From the NCBI GenBank assembly GCA_029261925.1, contig JAJDAJ010000085.1, positions 24,463 to 88,462 of the forward strand: a stretch of DNA of 64,000 bases, given 5' to 3'. The notes beneath the pieces were generated by a model. The model ran no database searches. It was given only the letters and a program-made list of their open reading frames with translations, and was not told where the DNA came from. This document shows, piece by piece, positions 37,941-47,272 of the stretch (positions are counted from its first letter, which is position 1; each line of letters begins with the position of its first letter). This DNA is from Deltaproteobacteria bacterium (GTDB taxonomy: Bacteria; Myxococcota_A; UBA9160; SZUA-336). Both the position numbers and the translations under genes were made by a program.

Positions 37941-38156
37941 GTGGCTGACAATCTGATCACGGTTCGAGAGGCAGCGAGCTTTCTGAGGATCTCGGCGCGG
38001 ACGGTCTACCGGCTCATCGAGTCGGGCCAGATCGGCGCGGTGCGGATCGGGAAGCAGTGGCGGATCCGCACGTCGGACCTGCCCGGGCTGGGCAGCACGG
38101 CGGGGAGCGCCTCGGCGCCCTCTCCGGTGCGTCACGAGAACACGGTCAACGCCTGA
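37941..38156 (+). CDS. small excisionase-family (MerR-superfamily) helix-turn-helix DNA-binding protein
   Basis: GTG 37941 has GAAGAGGGGGGA upstream. 'LITVREAASFLRISARTVYRLIESGQIGAVRIGKQWRIRTSDL' is the HTH_17/excisionase pattern. Confidence 0.75.
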   Translation: MADNLITVREAASFLRISARTVYRLIESGQIGAVRIGKQWRIRTSDLPGLGSTAGSASAPSPVRHENTVNA

Positions 38157-38261
38157 GCTTCCGCGTCGACCGACCCGGGGCCGGCCTCCGTCCGGGGGTC
38201 GGCCCCTCGTGCGTTCGGGGCCGGGCGCTGACGCGCGAGCGGGTGCCCGCCCCGCGGGCGC

Positions 38262-40160
38262 TCAGCGACCGGCGGCCGCGGAGAAGATGCCCAGCGCCTC
38301 CTTGGACATCTGAGCCGCGATCGCGGCGTCCTCGCTCAGCTCGGCCGCCCGCTCCTGGAGCACCCCGCGGGCCCGCTCGGGGTCGAGCATCTCGGCTGCG
38401 CGGAGCTCGCTGAGCGCGGCGGTGGCCTCGAGCAGCGACTGGACCACGCAGGCCCGCGCCGCCTCGTACATGCTCCGGCTCTCCACGAGGCCCGCGGGCG
38501 GCTCGTAGCGGTGCTCGCCGTGCAGCTCGAGCGCCTGCAGCACCGGGTCGATCCCGGCAAGCTCGCGCGTCGCGGCGCAGGCGCCGATTAGGGTCGCCTC
38601 GACGGCCTCCAGCGCATCTGCACCGCCGCTCATGCCGTGCAGGCGTCGCTGCAGCCCCCGGCCCAGGCGCAGCGCCTCGACCAGCAGCTGACGGGCCTCG
38701 CCGGTGTCGACCTGCGGGATCACCTCGGCGACGCGCGCCACCAGGGTGCGCGAGGGACCCGGGCCGCGGCCGGGGGGCAGCAGGGCGCTGTCGCGCACCT
38801 GCAGGGCCGAGAACGGGATCAGCGCCGCGGCCAGCGCCAGCAGGCCACCCAGGGCGAGCGGCTGGCCGAACACGCCGGCGAGAAGCCCGGCGCTGGCCAG
38901 CGCGACGCTGCCGCGAAGCGCCCAGCGCGGGATCGCGGCCCAGCTCTCCCCCACGGGTACCAGGCGCGCCGGCAGGCCGTGGGCAGCCAGGCGCTGGGCC
39001 ACGCGCCGTGCCTGGCGCCGCGAGACGCGCAGCACGGGCAGGTCGCCGGCCGCCGCGCGACCCACCCGGGGCGCGTCGGCCGCGTCATCGACCAGGCCCG
39101 CCAGCACGCGTCGGCGCTGGTCGCGCTCTGCGCGGGTGGACGGCGCCGCGAGCAGGACGAGCGTGTCCGCGACCTCGTCTGGCTCGTCCTCGCAGTGCGG
39201 GCAGACCGGCCTCCCCATGGCGCCGGGCTCCCGGCAGAGCACGCAGACGTGCAGGAGCTGCGGGTCCGCGCCGACGCGCGCCTGGGTGGCGCGGGCGTCC
39301 AGCGCGTCGATCAGCCGCGCCGCGGTCTCGAAGCGCTCGTGCGGCTCGGCGCTGGTCGCGCGCGCGACGATCTCGTCGAGCCAGACGGGAACGTCGGGAC
39401 GCCGCTCCCGCGGCCGGTAGCCGGCGGCGCGGGGCGGGGGCGGCAGCCGGGGCGTCGGGCACGGCGGGACGCGCCCGACCAGCGCGAAGTACAGGGTCAT
39501 GCCCAGCGAGTAGATGTCGGTGCGTGGGTCGGCGTTGCGGCCCGCGACGACCTCGGGTGCCAGGAACGCCACCGTCGCCACGGGCTCGTCGACCTCGCCC
39601 AGGAGCGCCTGACCCTCGAGTCGCATGCAGCCGAAGTCGACCAGCCGCGCGCGCTGCTCCGCGTCGAGCAGCACGTTGCGCGGCTTGACGTCGCGGTGCA
39701 GGATTCCCTGCTCGTGCGCGGCCGCCAGCGCCTCGGCCACGTCGCGCGCGATCGCCGTGGCCCGCTCGGGGTCGAGACCGCCCTCGCTGCTGACCCGGGC
39801 CTCCAGGTCGTCTCCCTCGACCCGCTCCGACTCGATGGCGATCCAGCCCTCCCACTCGAAGACGCGGTGCATGCGCACCACGCGCGGATGATCGAGCTGC
39901 GACAGCCGCGGCAGCGCCGTCTGCAGGCGGTCCCGTACCAGGTGGTGGCTGCTGGCCGGGGGGCGCAGGAGCTTGAGCGCCACGCGTGCATCGCGCTCGA
40001 CGTCGAGCGCCTCGAAGACGCAGGAGTGCTCGCTCCTGCCGAGCTCGCGCAGGATCTCGTAGCGGTCGTCGACGACCGCGCCTTCTGAAAGGCCGACTTC
40101 TCGGGCCACCTCGGTCTCCGCTGCCCGGTTCGGCGCCCGCCTCCGCGATCTGAAGCCCAC
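38262..40160 (-). CDS. Ser/Thr protein kinase with Zn-ribbon, TM hairpin and helical C-terminal domain
   Basis: GTG 40160. Kinase motifs: 'VALKLL', 'HRDVKPRNVLL', 'DFG', 'LAPEVV'. These are followed by 'CVLCREPGAMGRPVCPHC', two hydrophobic helices and a 170-aa helical tail. Confidence 0.85.
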   Translation of the reverse strand: MGFRSRRRAPNRAAETEVAREVGLSEGAVVDDRYEILRELGRSEHSCVFEALDVERDARVALKLLRPPASSHHLVRDRLQTALPRLSQLDHPRVVRMHRVFEWEGWIAIESERVEGDDLEARVSSEGGLDPERATAIARDVAEALAAAHEQGILHRDVKPRNVLLDAEQRARLVDFGCMRLEGQALLGEVDEPVATVAFLAPEVVAGRNADPRTDIYSLGMTLYFALVGRVPPCPTPRLPPPPRAAGYRPRERRPDVPVWLDEIVARATSAEPHERFETAARLIDALDARATQARVGADPQLLHVCVLCREPGAMGRPVCPHCEDEPDEVADTLVLLAAPSTRAERDQRRRVLAGLVDDAADAPRVGRAAAGDLPVLRVSRRQARRVAQRLAAHGLPARLVPVGESWAAIPRWALRGSVALASAGLLAGVFGQPLALGGLLALAAALIPFSALQVRDSALLPPGRGPGPSRTLVARVAEVIPQVDTGEARQLLVEALRLGRGLQRRLHGMSGGADALEAVEATLIGACAATRELAGIDPVLQALELHGEHRYEPPAGLVESRSMYEAARACVVQSLLEATAALSELRAAEMLDPERARGVLQERAAELSEDAAIAAQMSKEALGIFSAAAGR

Positions 40161-40174
40161 CGGGAGCAGCCTGC

Positions 40175-41356
40175 CTAGCCCCCGGAGACGGGGTCCTCGG
40201 CCTCCGGACCGGGCGGGGTCGCGTCATCGGGATCGTCGAGCCAGCCCTCGGGGAGCACGACCTGCTGGCGCCCGCCGCGCTTGCCGCGCGGCACCCGCAC
40301 GGCCCCGGGCGGGAAGGGCAGCTCGCGCGGCGCCTCCTCGAGCACGCCGCGCAGCTCCGCGAGCGTCTCGACCTGCACCAGGCGCGTACGCAGGTCCTTG
40401 CTGGCGGGGAAGCCCTTGGTGTACCAGGTCGCGTGCTTGCGGAATCCGCGCATGGCGAACGGCTCGTCCCACCACTCGCAGAGCAGGCGTGCGTGCTCGA
40501 GCATCACGTCGGCAACCGTGCCCAGATCGGGCGGGTCGCCGGGCTCGCGGCCGGAGAGCGCGTCGTCGCAGTCGCGGAACAGCCAGGGCCGGCCGAGGCA
40601 GCCGCGTCCGATGACCACGCCGTCGCAGCCCGTGCTGCGCAGCATGCGCAGGGCGTCGTGGGCCTCCCAGATGTCGCCGTTTCCCAGTACGGGGATCGAG
40701 CGCACGCGCTGCTTCAGGTCCGCGATCGTCTCCCAGCGCGCCTCGCCCGCGTAGAGCTGCGCCGCGCTGCGCGCGTGCATGGCGATCGCCGCGCAGCCCT
40801 CGTCCTCGGCGATGGTCCCGGTGTCGCGGTAGGTCGGCAGGTCGTCATCGACGCCGGTCCGGAACTTGATCGTGACCGGGACCTCGCCGGCCGCGCGCAC
40901 CGCCGCCCGCACGATGTCGCGCAGCAGGCGCGGGCGCGCGGGCAGGGCGGCCCCGCCGCCGCGCCGCGTGACCTTGCGCACCGGGCAGCCGAAGTTCATG
41001 TCGATGTGATCGACCAGACCCTCGCCCACGAGCCAGCGCACCGCCTCGCCGGTGTAGTGCGGGTCCACGCCGTAGAGCTGCAGGCTGCGCGTGTCCTCGT
41101 CCGGCGCGAACCCCGCCAGCTTGAGCGTCTTCGCGTGCCCCTCGACCAGGGCGCGCGCGGTGATCATCTCGCTCACGTAAAGGCCGCCGCCGAAGCGCCG
41201 GCAGAGCGTCCGGAAGGGCGCGTTGGTCACGCCCGCCATGGGTGCGAGCACCACCGGCGGCCAGACCTCGAGCGGCCCGATGCGCAGCGCGGCGAACTCG
41301 CGGGGCGCGGCCAGGGGGACGTCGCGGTTGATCTCGCCGATGTAGCGGGGGTCCAT
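40175..41356 (-). CDS. dus: tRNA-dihydrouridine synthase (DusB-like)
   Basis: ATG 41356. Motifs: 'VVLAPMAGVTNAPFR', 'IDMNFGCPVRKV', 'VTIKFRTG', 'IPVLGNGDI'. Confidence 0.9.
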   Translation of the reverse strand: MDPRYIGEINRDVPLAAPREFAALRIGPLEVWPPVVLAPMAGVTNAPFRTLCRRFGGGLYVSEMITARALVEGHAKTLKLAGFAPDEDTRSLQLYGVDPHYTGEAVRWLVGEGLVDHIDMNFGCPVRKVTRRGGGAALPARPRLLRDIVRAAVRAAGEVPVTIKFRTGVDDDLPTYRDTGTIAEDEGCAAIAMHARSAAQLYAGEARWETIADLKQRVRSIPVLGNGDIWEAHDALRMLRSTGCDGVVIGRGCLGRPWLFRDCDDALSGREPGDPPDLGTVADVMLEHARLLCEWWDEPFAMRGFRKHATWYTKGFPASKDLRTRLVQVETLAELRGVLEEAPRELPFPPGAVRVPRGKRGGRQQVVLPEGWLDDPDDATPPGPEAEDPVSGG

Positions 41357-41394
41357 TGCGAGGCGAATATAGCCGCCGGGGCGCCGCGCTCCGC

Positions 41395-43791
41395 TCAGCT
41401 CGGGGCCGCTCGCTCCCAGAAGGCCCGCAGCGCGGGGACGGGGTCCCGCGCGTCGACCAGCTCGTCCCGCCACCACGCGGGCAGCGGATCGCGGTACGCG
41501 GGCTCGGCGAAGCGCCGGCAGAGCAGCGCCGTGAACGCACGGTCGTCCGGGCCGCGGATCGCCCGACCTCCGGCCTGGACCACCCGGGACAGCCCGGGCA
41601 GCAGGTAGGCCTGTGCGAAGCCCTCGCCGCTCTGCTGCTCGTGCCAGGTGCGGATCAGCTCGCGCTCCAGCGTGACCGCCGGCAGGCCCGGACCGACCAC
41701 GAAGACGCCCTGGGCCAGGTGTCCCGGGTAGTCCACGCCCTCGGCGAGCAGCCCGCCGAGCACGCCGCAGACCAGCAGCGTCTCGTCGCGGTTCTGCTCC
41801 AGGCGCCGCAGGATCGGCCCCGCTGGCATCCCGGGGAGCTGGAGCAGCACCCTTGCCGCGCCGCCCGGGAGCTTGGCGACGACCTCGTCGCGATAGCGGA
41901 AGCTTCCGAAGAACGCGAGGTAGTTTCCCGGCCGCAGCGCCACGCAGCGCGCGATCAGCCCGGCGACGGCCGCGGCGTCGTCGGAGCGACGCTTCCAGGT
42001 GGTGTCGACGGCGTCGCTGGCCAGCAGCAGACGGTTCGCGCGCGGGAACGGCGAGGCCAGGTCGAGTCGCTCGGTGCGCGGGCTCTCGAGGCCGAGGGTG
42101 CGGGCGTGCAGGTCGAAGGGCACGAGCGTCGCGCTCATGCACACCGCGGCGTGGAATGCCGACCAGGCCGGCTCGAGCAGCGGCGCCGGATCGAGGCAGA
42201 GCACACGCGCCTCCTCCGGCGACCAGATGGCGGCGAAGCGCTCCGGATCCGCGGTCGCCGCGCGCGCGAAGTCGCGCACCGCGTACAGCAGGCTGCGCGC
42301 GGGATCGCGCGGCCGGGGGTCGCGCCCGGACGGGACCGCTCGCAGGGCGGCGGGCCGCTCGCGCTCGGAGCCCGCCTGGATCGTGTACGCGGGCAGCGCG
42401 AGCGCGGCGCGCTCGGCGATCCGCGCCCAGAAGGCGCGCTCGGGCGTCTCGACCCAGGGACCCGGCTCGCTGCGCTCGCTGGCCAGGATCGTCGCCCGGT
42501 CGCGCAGCGCGGCCGCCACGTCGCGCAGCAGCGTGGCGGTCTCGCGGTAGGCGAGCGCGGGCAGCGAGGCCAGGTCGGCCGCGCAGGTCTCGAGGCTGGC
42601 CAGATCGAGACGCGGCGAGCCGTACTCGCGCGCACGCTCGGCAAGGTTGTGGGCCTCGTCGACGATCAGCAGTGGGCGACGCTCCTCGTCGTCCACGTCG
42701 ATCAGCTCGGCCAGCCGCACGCGCGGATCGAAGACGTAGTTGAAGTCGCCGACGATGACCGCGGCGCCGCGCGCGAGCTCGAGCGCGACCTCGAACGGGC
42801 AGAGCCGGGCCTCCAGGGCGCGCGGCGCGATCTGCTCCGCGTCGACGACGCCGAGACCCGCCAGCTCGGCGTGCAGCCCGCTGGCCCGCAGGCGCTCGCG
42901 GAAGCGCGCCTGCAGCGGACAGCGGCCGTCGCCGCAGCGGTGCTGCTCCATCGGGCAGACCCGGTGTCGCGCCGAGACCTGCACCGCGAGTGCCGGGCTG
43001 CCGGGCGGCAGCACGCGCCGCAGGGTGTCGAGCGCGAGCTGCTGCTGCGACGTCTTCGCGGTCGCGAAGAAGAGCTGCCGGCCCTCGGCCAGCGCCGCCC
43101 GGAGCAGGGGGAGCAGCGCCGCCGCGGTCTTGCCCGTGCCGGTGGGCGCGGAGCAGAGCAGCACCAGCCCACCGCGTGCCGCGCCCTCGGCATCGCGCAG
43201 CAGGGCGTCCTGTCCGGGGCGGACCTCGTCGAACGGGAATGCCAGCGATGCGGCCAGCTCGCGGCGCGCGCGAGCCTGTCGCGAATGCTGCTCGAGCGCC
43301 TCGAGCAGCGCGTCGAGTCGCTCGCGCAGGCGCGCCTCCCAGACGGTGGGCGTCCAGGCCACGTCCACGCGGCGCAGCTCGGCCCCGTCGGGCGCCAGGT
43401 CGACCACTGCGGCGCCCGCCACGCGCTCGCCGTGGAGCGAGAGCAGGGTCGCGGCCAGGGCGGCGCGCTCGACCTCGTGCTCGTCGCGATCCGTCCCCGC
43501 GTGCTCGCCCGCGACGACGCGCAGCACCTCGACGCGCGCGCCGCGCCGCGTGTCGCGCCGCGCATCCAGGCGCGTGCGGATCTCGAGACGGCGGCCGCCG
43601 TGCTCGAGCGCCACGCGCAGCTCGTCGCCGAGGCGCGCAGCGCCCGCCCGGGACCAGGCCACGCGGGCGTCGTGCTCGATCTCGGCGCGCAGCGCCCGGT
43701 CGTCGATGGATGCGTCGGGCCCGGGGCCGCCGACCAGGGCGTCGAGCTCGAGCACGAGCAGCGTGCCGGCGCCGCGATCGGAGTCGCTCAC
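41395..43791 (-). CDS. XPD/DinG (Rad3)-family ATP-dependent helicase with N-terminal extension
   Basis: GTG 43791 ('VSDSDRG'). Walker A 'CSAPTGTGKT'. Fe-S Cys cluster 'CPMEQHRCGDGRCP...CPFE'. Motif II 'VDEAHNL'. C-terminus 'AGGRAIRGPDDR'. Confidence 0.8.
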   Translation of the reverse strand: MSDSDRGAGTLLVLELDALVGGPGPDASIDDRALRAEIEHDARVAWSRAGAARLGDELRVALEHGGRRLEIRTRLDARRDTRRGARVEVLRVVAGEHAGTDRDEHEVERAALAATLLSLHGERVAGAAVVDLAPDGAELRRVDVAWTPTVWEARLRERLDALLEALEQHSRQARARRELAASLAFPFDEVRPGQDALLRDAEGAARGGLVLLCSAPTGTGKTAAALLPLLRAALAEGRQLFFATAKTSQQQLALDTLRRVLPPGSPALAVQVSARHRVCPMEQHRCGDGRCPLQARFRERLRASGLHAELAGLGVVDAEQIAPRALEARLCPFEVALELARGAAVIVGDFNYVFDPRVRLAELIDVDDEERRPLLIVDEAHNLAERAREYGSPRLDLASLETCAADLASLPALAYRETATLLRDVAAALRDRATILASERSEPGPWVETPERAFWARIAERAALALPAYTIQAGSERERPAALRAVPSGRDPRPRDPARSLLYAVRDFARAATADPERFAAIWSPEEARVLCLDPAPLLEPAWSAFHAAVCMSATLVPFDLHARTLGLESPRTERLDLASPFPRANRLLLASDAVDTTWKRRSDDAAAVAGLIARCVALRPGNYLAFFGSFRYRDEVVAKLPGGAARVLLQLPGMPAGPILRRLEQNRDETLLVCGVLGGLLAEGVDYPGHLAQGVFVVGPGLPAVTLERELIRTWHEQQSGEGFAQAYLLPGLSRVVQAGGRAIRGPDDRAFTALLCRRFAEPAYRDPLPAWWRDELVDARDPVPALRAFWERAAPS

Positions 43792-43851
43792 CGCGGCAAG
43801 GTAGCAGCACCGGCGCCGTGGCGCGGCGCCGGAGCGGGGTATCCTGCCGCG

Positions 43852-45234
43852 GTGTCCCGTCGCTTCTTCGCGCTGTCGGCCGTCACCCGGCGGATCGACG
43901 AGCTGCTGCGCCCGGCGTACGACAGGACGTTCTGGGTCAAGGCCGAGATCAGCTCCGGCCGCGAGCGCCGCGGTGCCTTCTACTGCGACCTGGTCGAGAC
44001 CGACGCGGCGGGTCGGGTGGTCGCGCAGCTGCGCTGCACCCTCTGGGAGCGCGATCTGGCGCGCATCCGGCGCAGCTTCGGCGAGGCCGGCCTCGATCTC
44101 GTGCTCGACGACGGCACGGTCGTGGGTCTGCTCTGCCGGCTGCGCTTCCACCCGCGCCACGGCCTGTCACTGAGCGGGCTCGAGATGGATCCGGCCGTCG
44201 CGCTCGGCGAGCTCGAGCTGCGCCGGCGCCGCATCCTCGAGGCCCTCGAGCGCGACGGGGTCCTGGGTCGCAACGCGCTGCGGCCGCTGTCCCTGCTGCC
44301 CAACCGCATCGCCGTGATCACCAGCGCGAGCAGCGCGGCCTGCCGCGACCTGCTGGAGAGCCTGCAGGCTGCGCCCTTCGGCTTCCGGATCTGGCTGGCC
44401 GACGCGCTGGTGCAGGGTCCCGAGGCGGAGCGCAGCGTGCTGCGCGCCCTCGACGCCTGTGGCCGTCTGCCCGTCGACCTGATCGCGATCGTGCGCGGCG
44501 GCGGCAGCAGGACCGATCTCGCGGCGCTCGACAGCGAGGCCGTGGCTCGCCGCATCGCGGAGCTGCACCTGCCGGTGTGGACCGGCATCGGGCACGAGAC
44601 CGACACGAGCGTGCTCGACGCCGTCGCGGCGCGTGCCTTCAAGACCCCGACGGCACTGGCCGAGGGCATCGTCTCGCGCTTCGTCGAGGTCGAGCAGCAG
44701 CTGCGCACGGGTGCGCGGCGCCTGCGCTCCGCCTGGGAGCTGCGCCTGGGGCACGAGGGCGACCTGCTGCGGCGTGCGGGCACGGGGCTGCGCCAGGGCA
44801 CGCGCAAGCTGCTGGAGGTGCGCCGCGCGGAGCTGCTCGGGGCGGCACAGGCGGTGCGTGCCCGGGTGAGCACCCGCCTGGGCGGGGCCCTGGCCCGCGT
44901 GGGCGCGCAGGGCGCGCGGCTGCGTGCCCGCGGCGACGCGCGCCTGCGCGACGCGCGCGGCGCGCTGGGGCGGGGCCGCGAGCGGCTGAGGCTGGGGCGC
45001 GTGCTCGGGCACATCGACGCCGAGCGCGCGCGCCTGCGGGACCGCGAGCGCCTGCTGCGCGGTGCCGATCCCGCCACGGCGCTCGCGCGCGGCTTCTCGC
45101 TGACCTACACGTCCGCGGGCGCCCTGGTGCGCTCCGTGGACGACGTGCTCCCGGGCCGCACGATCGTCACGCGCCTGGCCGACGGGAGCCTCGAGAGCGA
45201 GGTTCGCAAGCTCACGGAGGACCCCGATGCCTGA
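43852..45234 (+). CDS. xseA: exodeoxyribonuclease VII large subunit
   Basis: GTG 43852. Motifs: 'FALSAVTRRIDELLRPAYDRTFWVKAEISS', 'IAVITSASSAA' and 'DLIAIVRGGGS'. The rest of the 1292-aa track ORF is antisense to the helicase gene. Confidence 0.9.
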   Translation: MSRRFFALSAVTRRIDELLRPAYDRTFWVKAEISSGRERRGAFYCDLVETDAAGRVVAQLRCTLWERDLARIRRSFGEAGLDLVLDDGTVVGLLCRLRFHPRHGLSLSGLEMDPAVALGELELRRRRILEALERDGVLGRNALRPLSLLPNRIAVITSASSAACRDLLESLQAAPFGFRIWLADALVQGPEAERSVLRALDACGRLPVDLIAIVRGGGSRTDLAALDSEAVARRIAELHLPVWTGIGHETDTSVLDAVAARAFKTPTALAEGIVSRFVEVEQQLRTGARRLRSAWELRLGHEGDLLRRAGTGLRQGTRKLLEVRRAELLGAAQAVRARVSTRLGGALARVGAQGARLRARGDARLRDARGALGRGRERLRLGRVLGHIDAERARLRDRERLLRGADPATALARGFSLTYTSAGALVRSVDDVLPGRTIVTRLADGSLESEVRKLTEDPDA

Positions 45235-45457
45235 GCCCACGCCCACCTACGAGGAGAAGGCCCGGCGCCTCGAGGAGATCCTGACGCGCCTCGATGACTC
45301 GGCCACGCCGATCGACGAGCTGGCCGAGGACGTCAAGCTCGGCGCGCAGCTGATCCGCGAGCTCGACGAGAAGCTGCGCGAGGTCGAGACCCAGGTGCGC
45401 GACGCCTTCCAGGAGCTCGAGGCCAGCGAGGCCCGCGCCGCGGGCGACGACGGCTGA
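45227..45457 (+). CDS. xseB: exodeoxyribonuclease VII small subunit
   Basis: It overlaps xseA by 8 nt. 'YEEKARRLEEILTRLDDSATPIDELAEDVKLGAQL' is typical of XseB. Confidence 0.85.
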   Translation: MPEPTPTYEEKARRLEEILTRLDDSATPIDELAEDVKLGAQLIRELDEKLREVETQVRDAFQELEASEARAAGDDG

Positions 45458-45466
45458 CGGCCGGGC

Positions 45467-46123
45467 TCAGCCCGCCCCGGGCGCCGCGTCGGCTGCGGTG
45501 CGCTGCGCCTCCTTGGCATCGTTCTTCTGGCGCAGGATCGTGATCAGCGCCTCGGCGCCGTGGGTCGACACGATGTCCTGGACCTGGGCGCGGAAGCTCT
45601 GGACCAGGCTCACGCCCTCGATGAACACGTCGAGCACCCGCCAGGGTCCGTCCTTGCCGCGCATGCGGTAGTCCACGGCGATCCCGGGGCCCGCCGCGCC
45701 GTCCACGATCGCCGTCTTCACGGTCACGTCGCCGTTGCCCTCCAGCCGCGCCGAGACGATCTGGATGCGCTCGTTCGAGAAGCGATCGAGGCTATCGCCG
45801 TAGGTCACGGTCAGGTGCCGGCGCCACTCGTCGATGAACGCCTGCTGCTGCTCGGGCGAGAGCTGGCGCCGGTTGCGCCCCAGGATCAGCTTGCCCATGC
45901 GCTCCATGTCGAAGCGGCGCCCGGCCAGCTCGGTCAGGCGCTCCACGCGCACGGTGTTGTTCAGGCTCCGGTCCGCGAGCAATGCGAGCACCTCGGAGGT
46001 GGTCTCCTGCACGGCCTGCCGGGCTTCGGCCTCGGGTCCCGCCGCGGTCGCGCTGCCGCTCGCGGCGAGTAGCAGCAGCGCGAGCGCGATCCTAGAGATC
46101 GTCTTCGAGCTCGTAGAAGTCAT
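45467..46123 (-). CDS. mlaC: MlaC/Ttg2D-type periplasmic phospholipid-binding protein
   Basis: ATG 46123. Signal peptide 'ISRIALALLLLAASGSATA'. Motifs: 'FDMERMGKLILGRNRRQLSPEQQQAF' and 'WRVLDVFIEGVSLV'. Confidence 0.8.
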   Translation of the reverse strand: MTSTSSKTISRIALALLLLAASGSATAAGPEAEARQAVQETTSEVLALLADRSLNNTVRVERLTELAGRRFDMERMGKLILGRNRRQLSPEQQQAFIDEWRRHLTVTYGDSLDRFSNERIQIVSARLEGNGDVTVKTAIVDGAAGPGIAVDYRMRGKDGPWRVLDVFIEGVSLVQSFRAQVQDIVSTHGAEALITILRQKNDAKEAQRTAADAAPGAG

Positions 46124-46811
46124 CGGATGGTGCCTCCTTCGGTGGCTCGCCGTTTCGCACGAGCGCCTCTCGGGTCTGACGATAGGCGTTGCGGACGAAC
46201 ACATACCAGTCCAGCGCCGCGGCCCGGGCCCGGCTCATCTGCTCCAGGCTGAGCGAGCGCGAGTTCACCTGGTACACGACGTTGCCGCCCGGGACGACCG
46301 TGAGCGGATCGAGGACCAGGTCCACGGGCATCGCCACCAGCTCGCGGACGCCGTGCGGCCCGAGCAACGGCAGCATCAGGTAGGCACCCGGCGGCGTGCC
46401 CCAGACGCCGAGCGTCTGCCCGAAGTCCTCGCGCCGCCCCTCGAGCGACAGGAAATGGGACGCCGGATCGAAGATCCCGCCGAGGCCCAGCGTCGTGTTG
46501 GTCACGAATCGTCCCAGCTCCACGCCGGACTGTTTGACGTCGGCCTGGAACAGATCGTTCAGCATGTACCCGGGCGTGCGCAGGTTGTCGAAGAGCTGGT
46601 CGAGGTGCACCGGGATGGTGCGCGGCGTGATCCAGTCCCAGCCCCGGGCGGCCGGCGAGAGCAGCCAGCGGTCCACGAACATGTTGAAGCCGAACATCGC
46701 CCGGTTGAAGCCCTCGGCCGGATCCTCGGAGGGCTCGCGGGGCGCCTGCGTGCTGGCGCAGCCGGCCAGCAGGAGCGCCAGGAAGCAGGCCTGGAGCCAG
46801 CGCGTCCTCAC
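46092..46811 (-). CDS. mlaA: MlaA/VacJ outer-membrane lipoprotein
   Basis: GTG 46811 overlaps the mlaD stop (GTGA). Lipobox 'LLLAGCAS'. Motifs: 'DPAEGFNRAMFGFN' and 'NTTLGLGGIFDPA'. Confidence 0.85.
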   Translation of the reverse strand: MRTRWLQACFLALLLAGCASTQAPREPSEDPAEGFNRAMFGFNMFVDRWLLSPAARGWDWITPRTIPVHLDQLFDNLRTPGYMLNDLFQADVKQSGVELGRFVTNTTLGLGGIFDPASHFLSLEGRREDFGQTLGVWGTPPGAYLMLPLLGPHGVRELVAMPVDLVLDPLTVVPGGNVVYQVNSRSLSLEQMSRARAAALDWYVFVRNAYRQTREALVRNGEPPKEAPSDDFYELEDDL

Positions 46812-47269
46812 GACCCGCCTCCCCCGAAGCTCGTGATCAGCTTGCCGATCAGCCGCTCGAGGACGACGGCGCTCTGCGTGTGTTCGATGACGCTGCCGTC
46901 GGTGAGCAGCTCGTCGGAGCCGCCGGGCTGCAGCTCGACCAGCTTGTCCCCCAGCACGCCCTGCGTGAGGATCGCCGCCGAGGTGTCCTCGGGCAGCTGC
47001 AGCTCCTGATCGATGTCGAGTGTGACCCGGGCGCGGTAGTACTCGCGGTCGAGCTCGATGCGCACCACCTGGCCGACCTTCACGCCGCCGATCACGACGG
47101 GCGCCCGATCCGAGAGGCCGCCGATCTCGTCGAAGTACGCGTGGACGGTCCGGCCGCCGGGTCCGGCGTAGTTCGCGCCGCCGATCCGGACGGAAAGGAA
47201 GCCGAGCGAGGCGAGGCTGCCGACCACGAACAGGCCCACGATCAAGTCGCGGGTGGGAGAGGTCTTCAT
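46808..47269 (-). CDS. mlaD: MlaD (MCE-domain) protein
   Basis: An N-terminal TM helix is followed by 'YFDEIGGLSDRAPVVIGGVKVGQV'. Confidence 0.85.
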   Translation of the reverse strand: MKTSPTRDLIVGLFVVGSLASLGFLSVRIGGANYAGPGGRTVHAYFDEIGGLSDRAPVVIGGVKVGQVVRIELDREYYRARVTLDIDQELQLPEDTSAAILTQGVLGDKLVELQPGGSDELLTDGSVIEHTQSAVVLERLIGKLITSFGGGGS

Positions 47270-47272
47270 GGG

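Noticed and set aside
37941-38156. The excisionase-family HTH gene as a marker of a prophage or integrative element.
   Set aside because: I saw no integrase, recombinase, tRNA target, att-like flanking direct repeats or phage genes within the window. The neighbours have the same GC-rich coding character as the rest of the window.
41356-43851. 5' two-thirds of the 1292-aa plus-strand ORF 41356-45234.
   Set aside because: This part is antisense to the XPD/DinG helicase gene. XseA homology begins only at GTG 43852.
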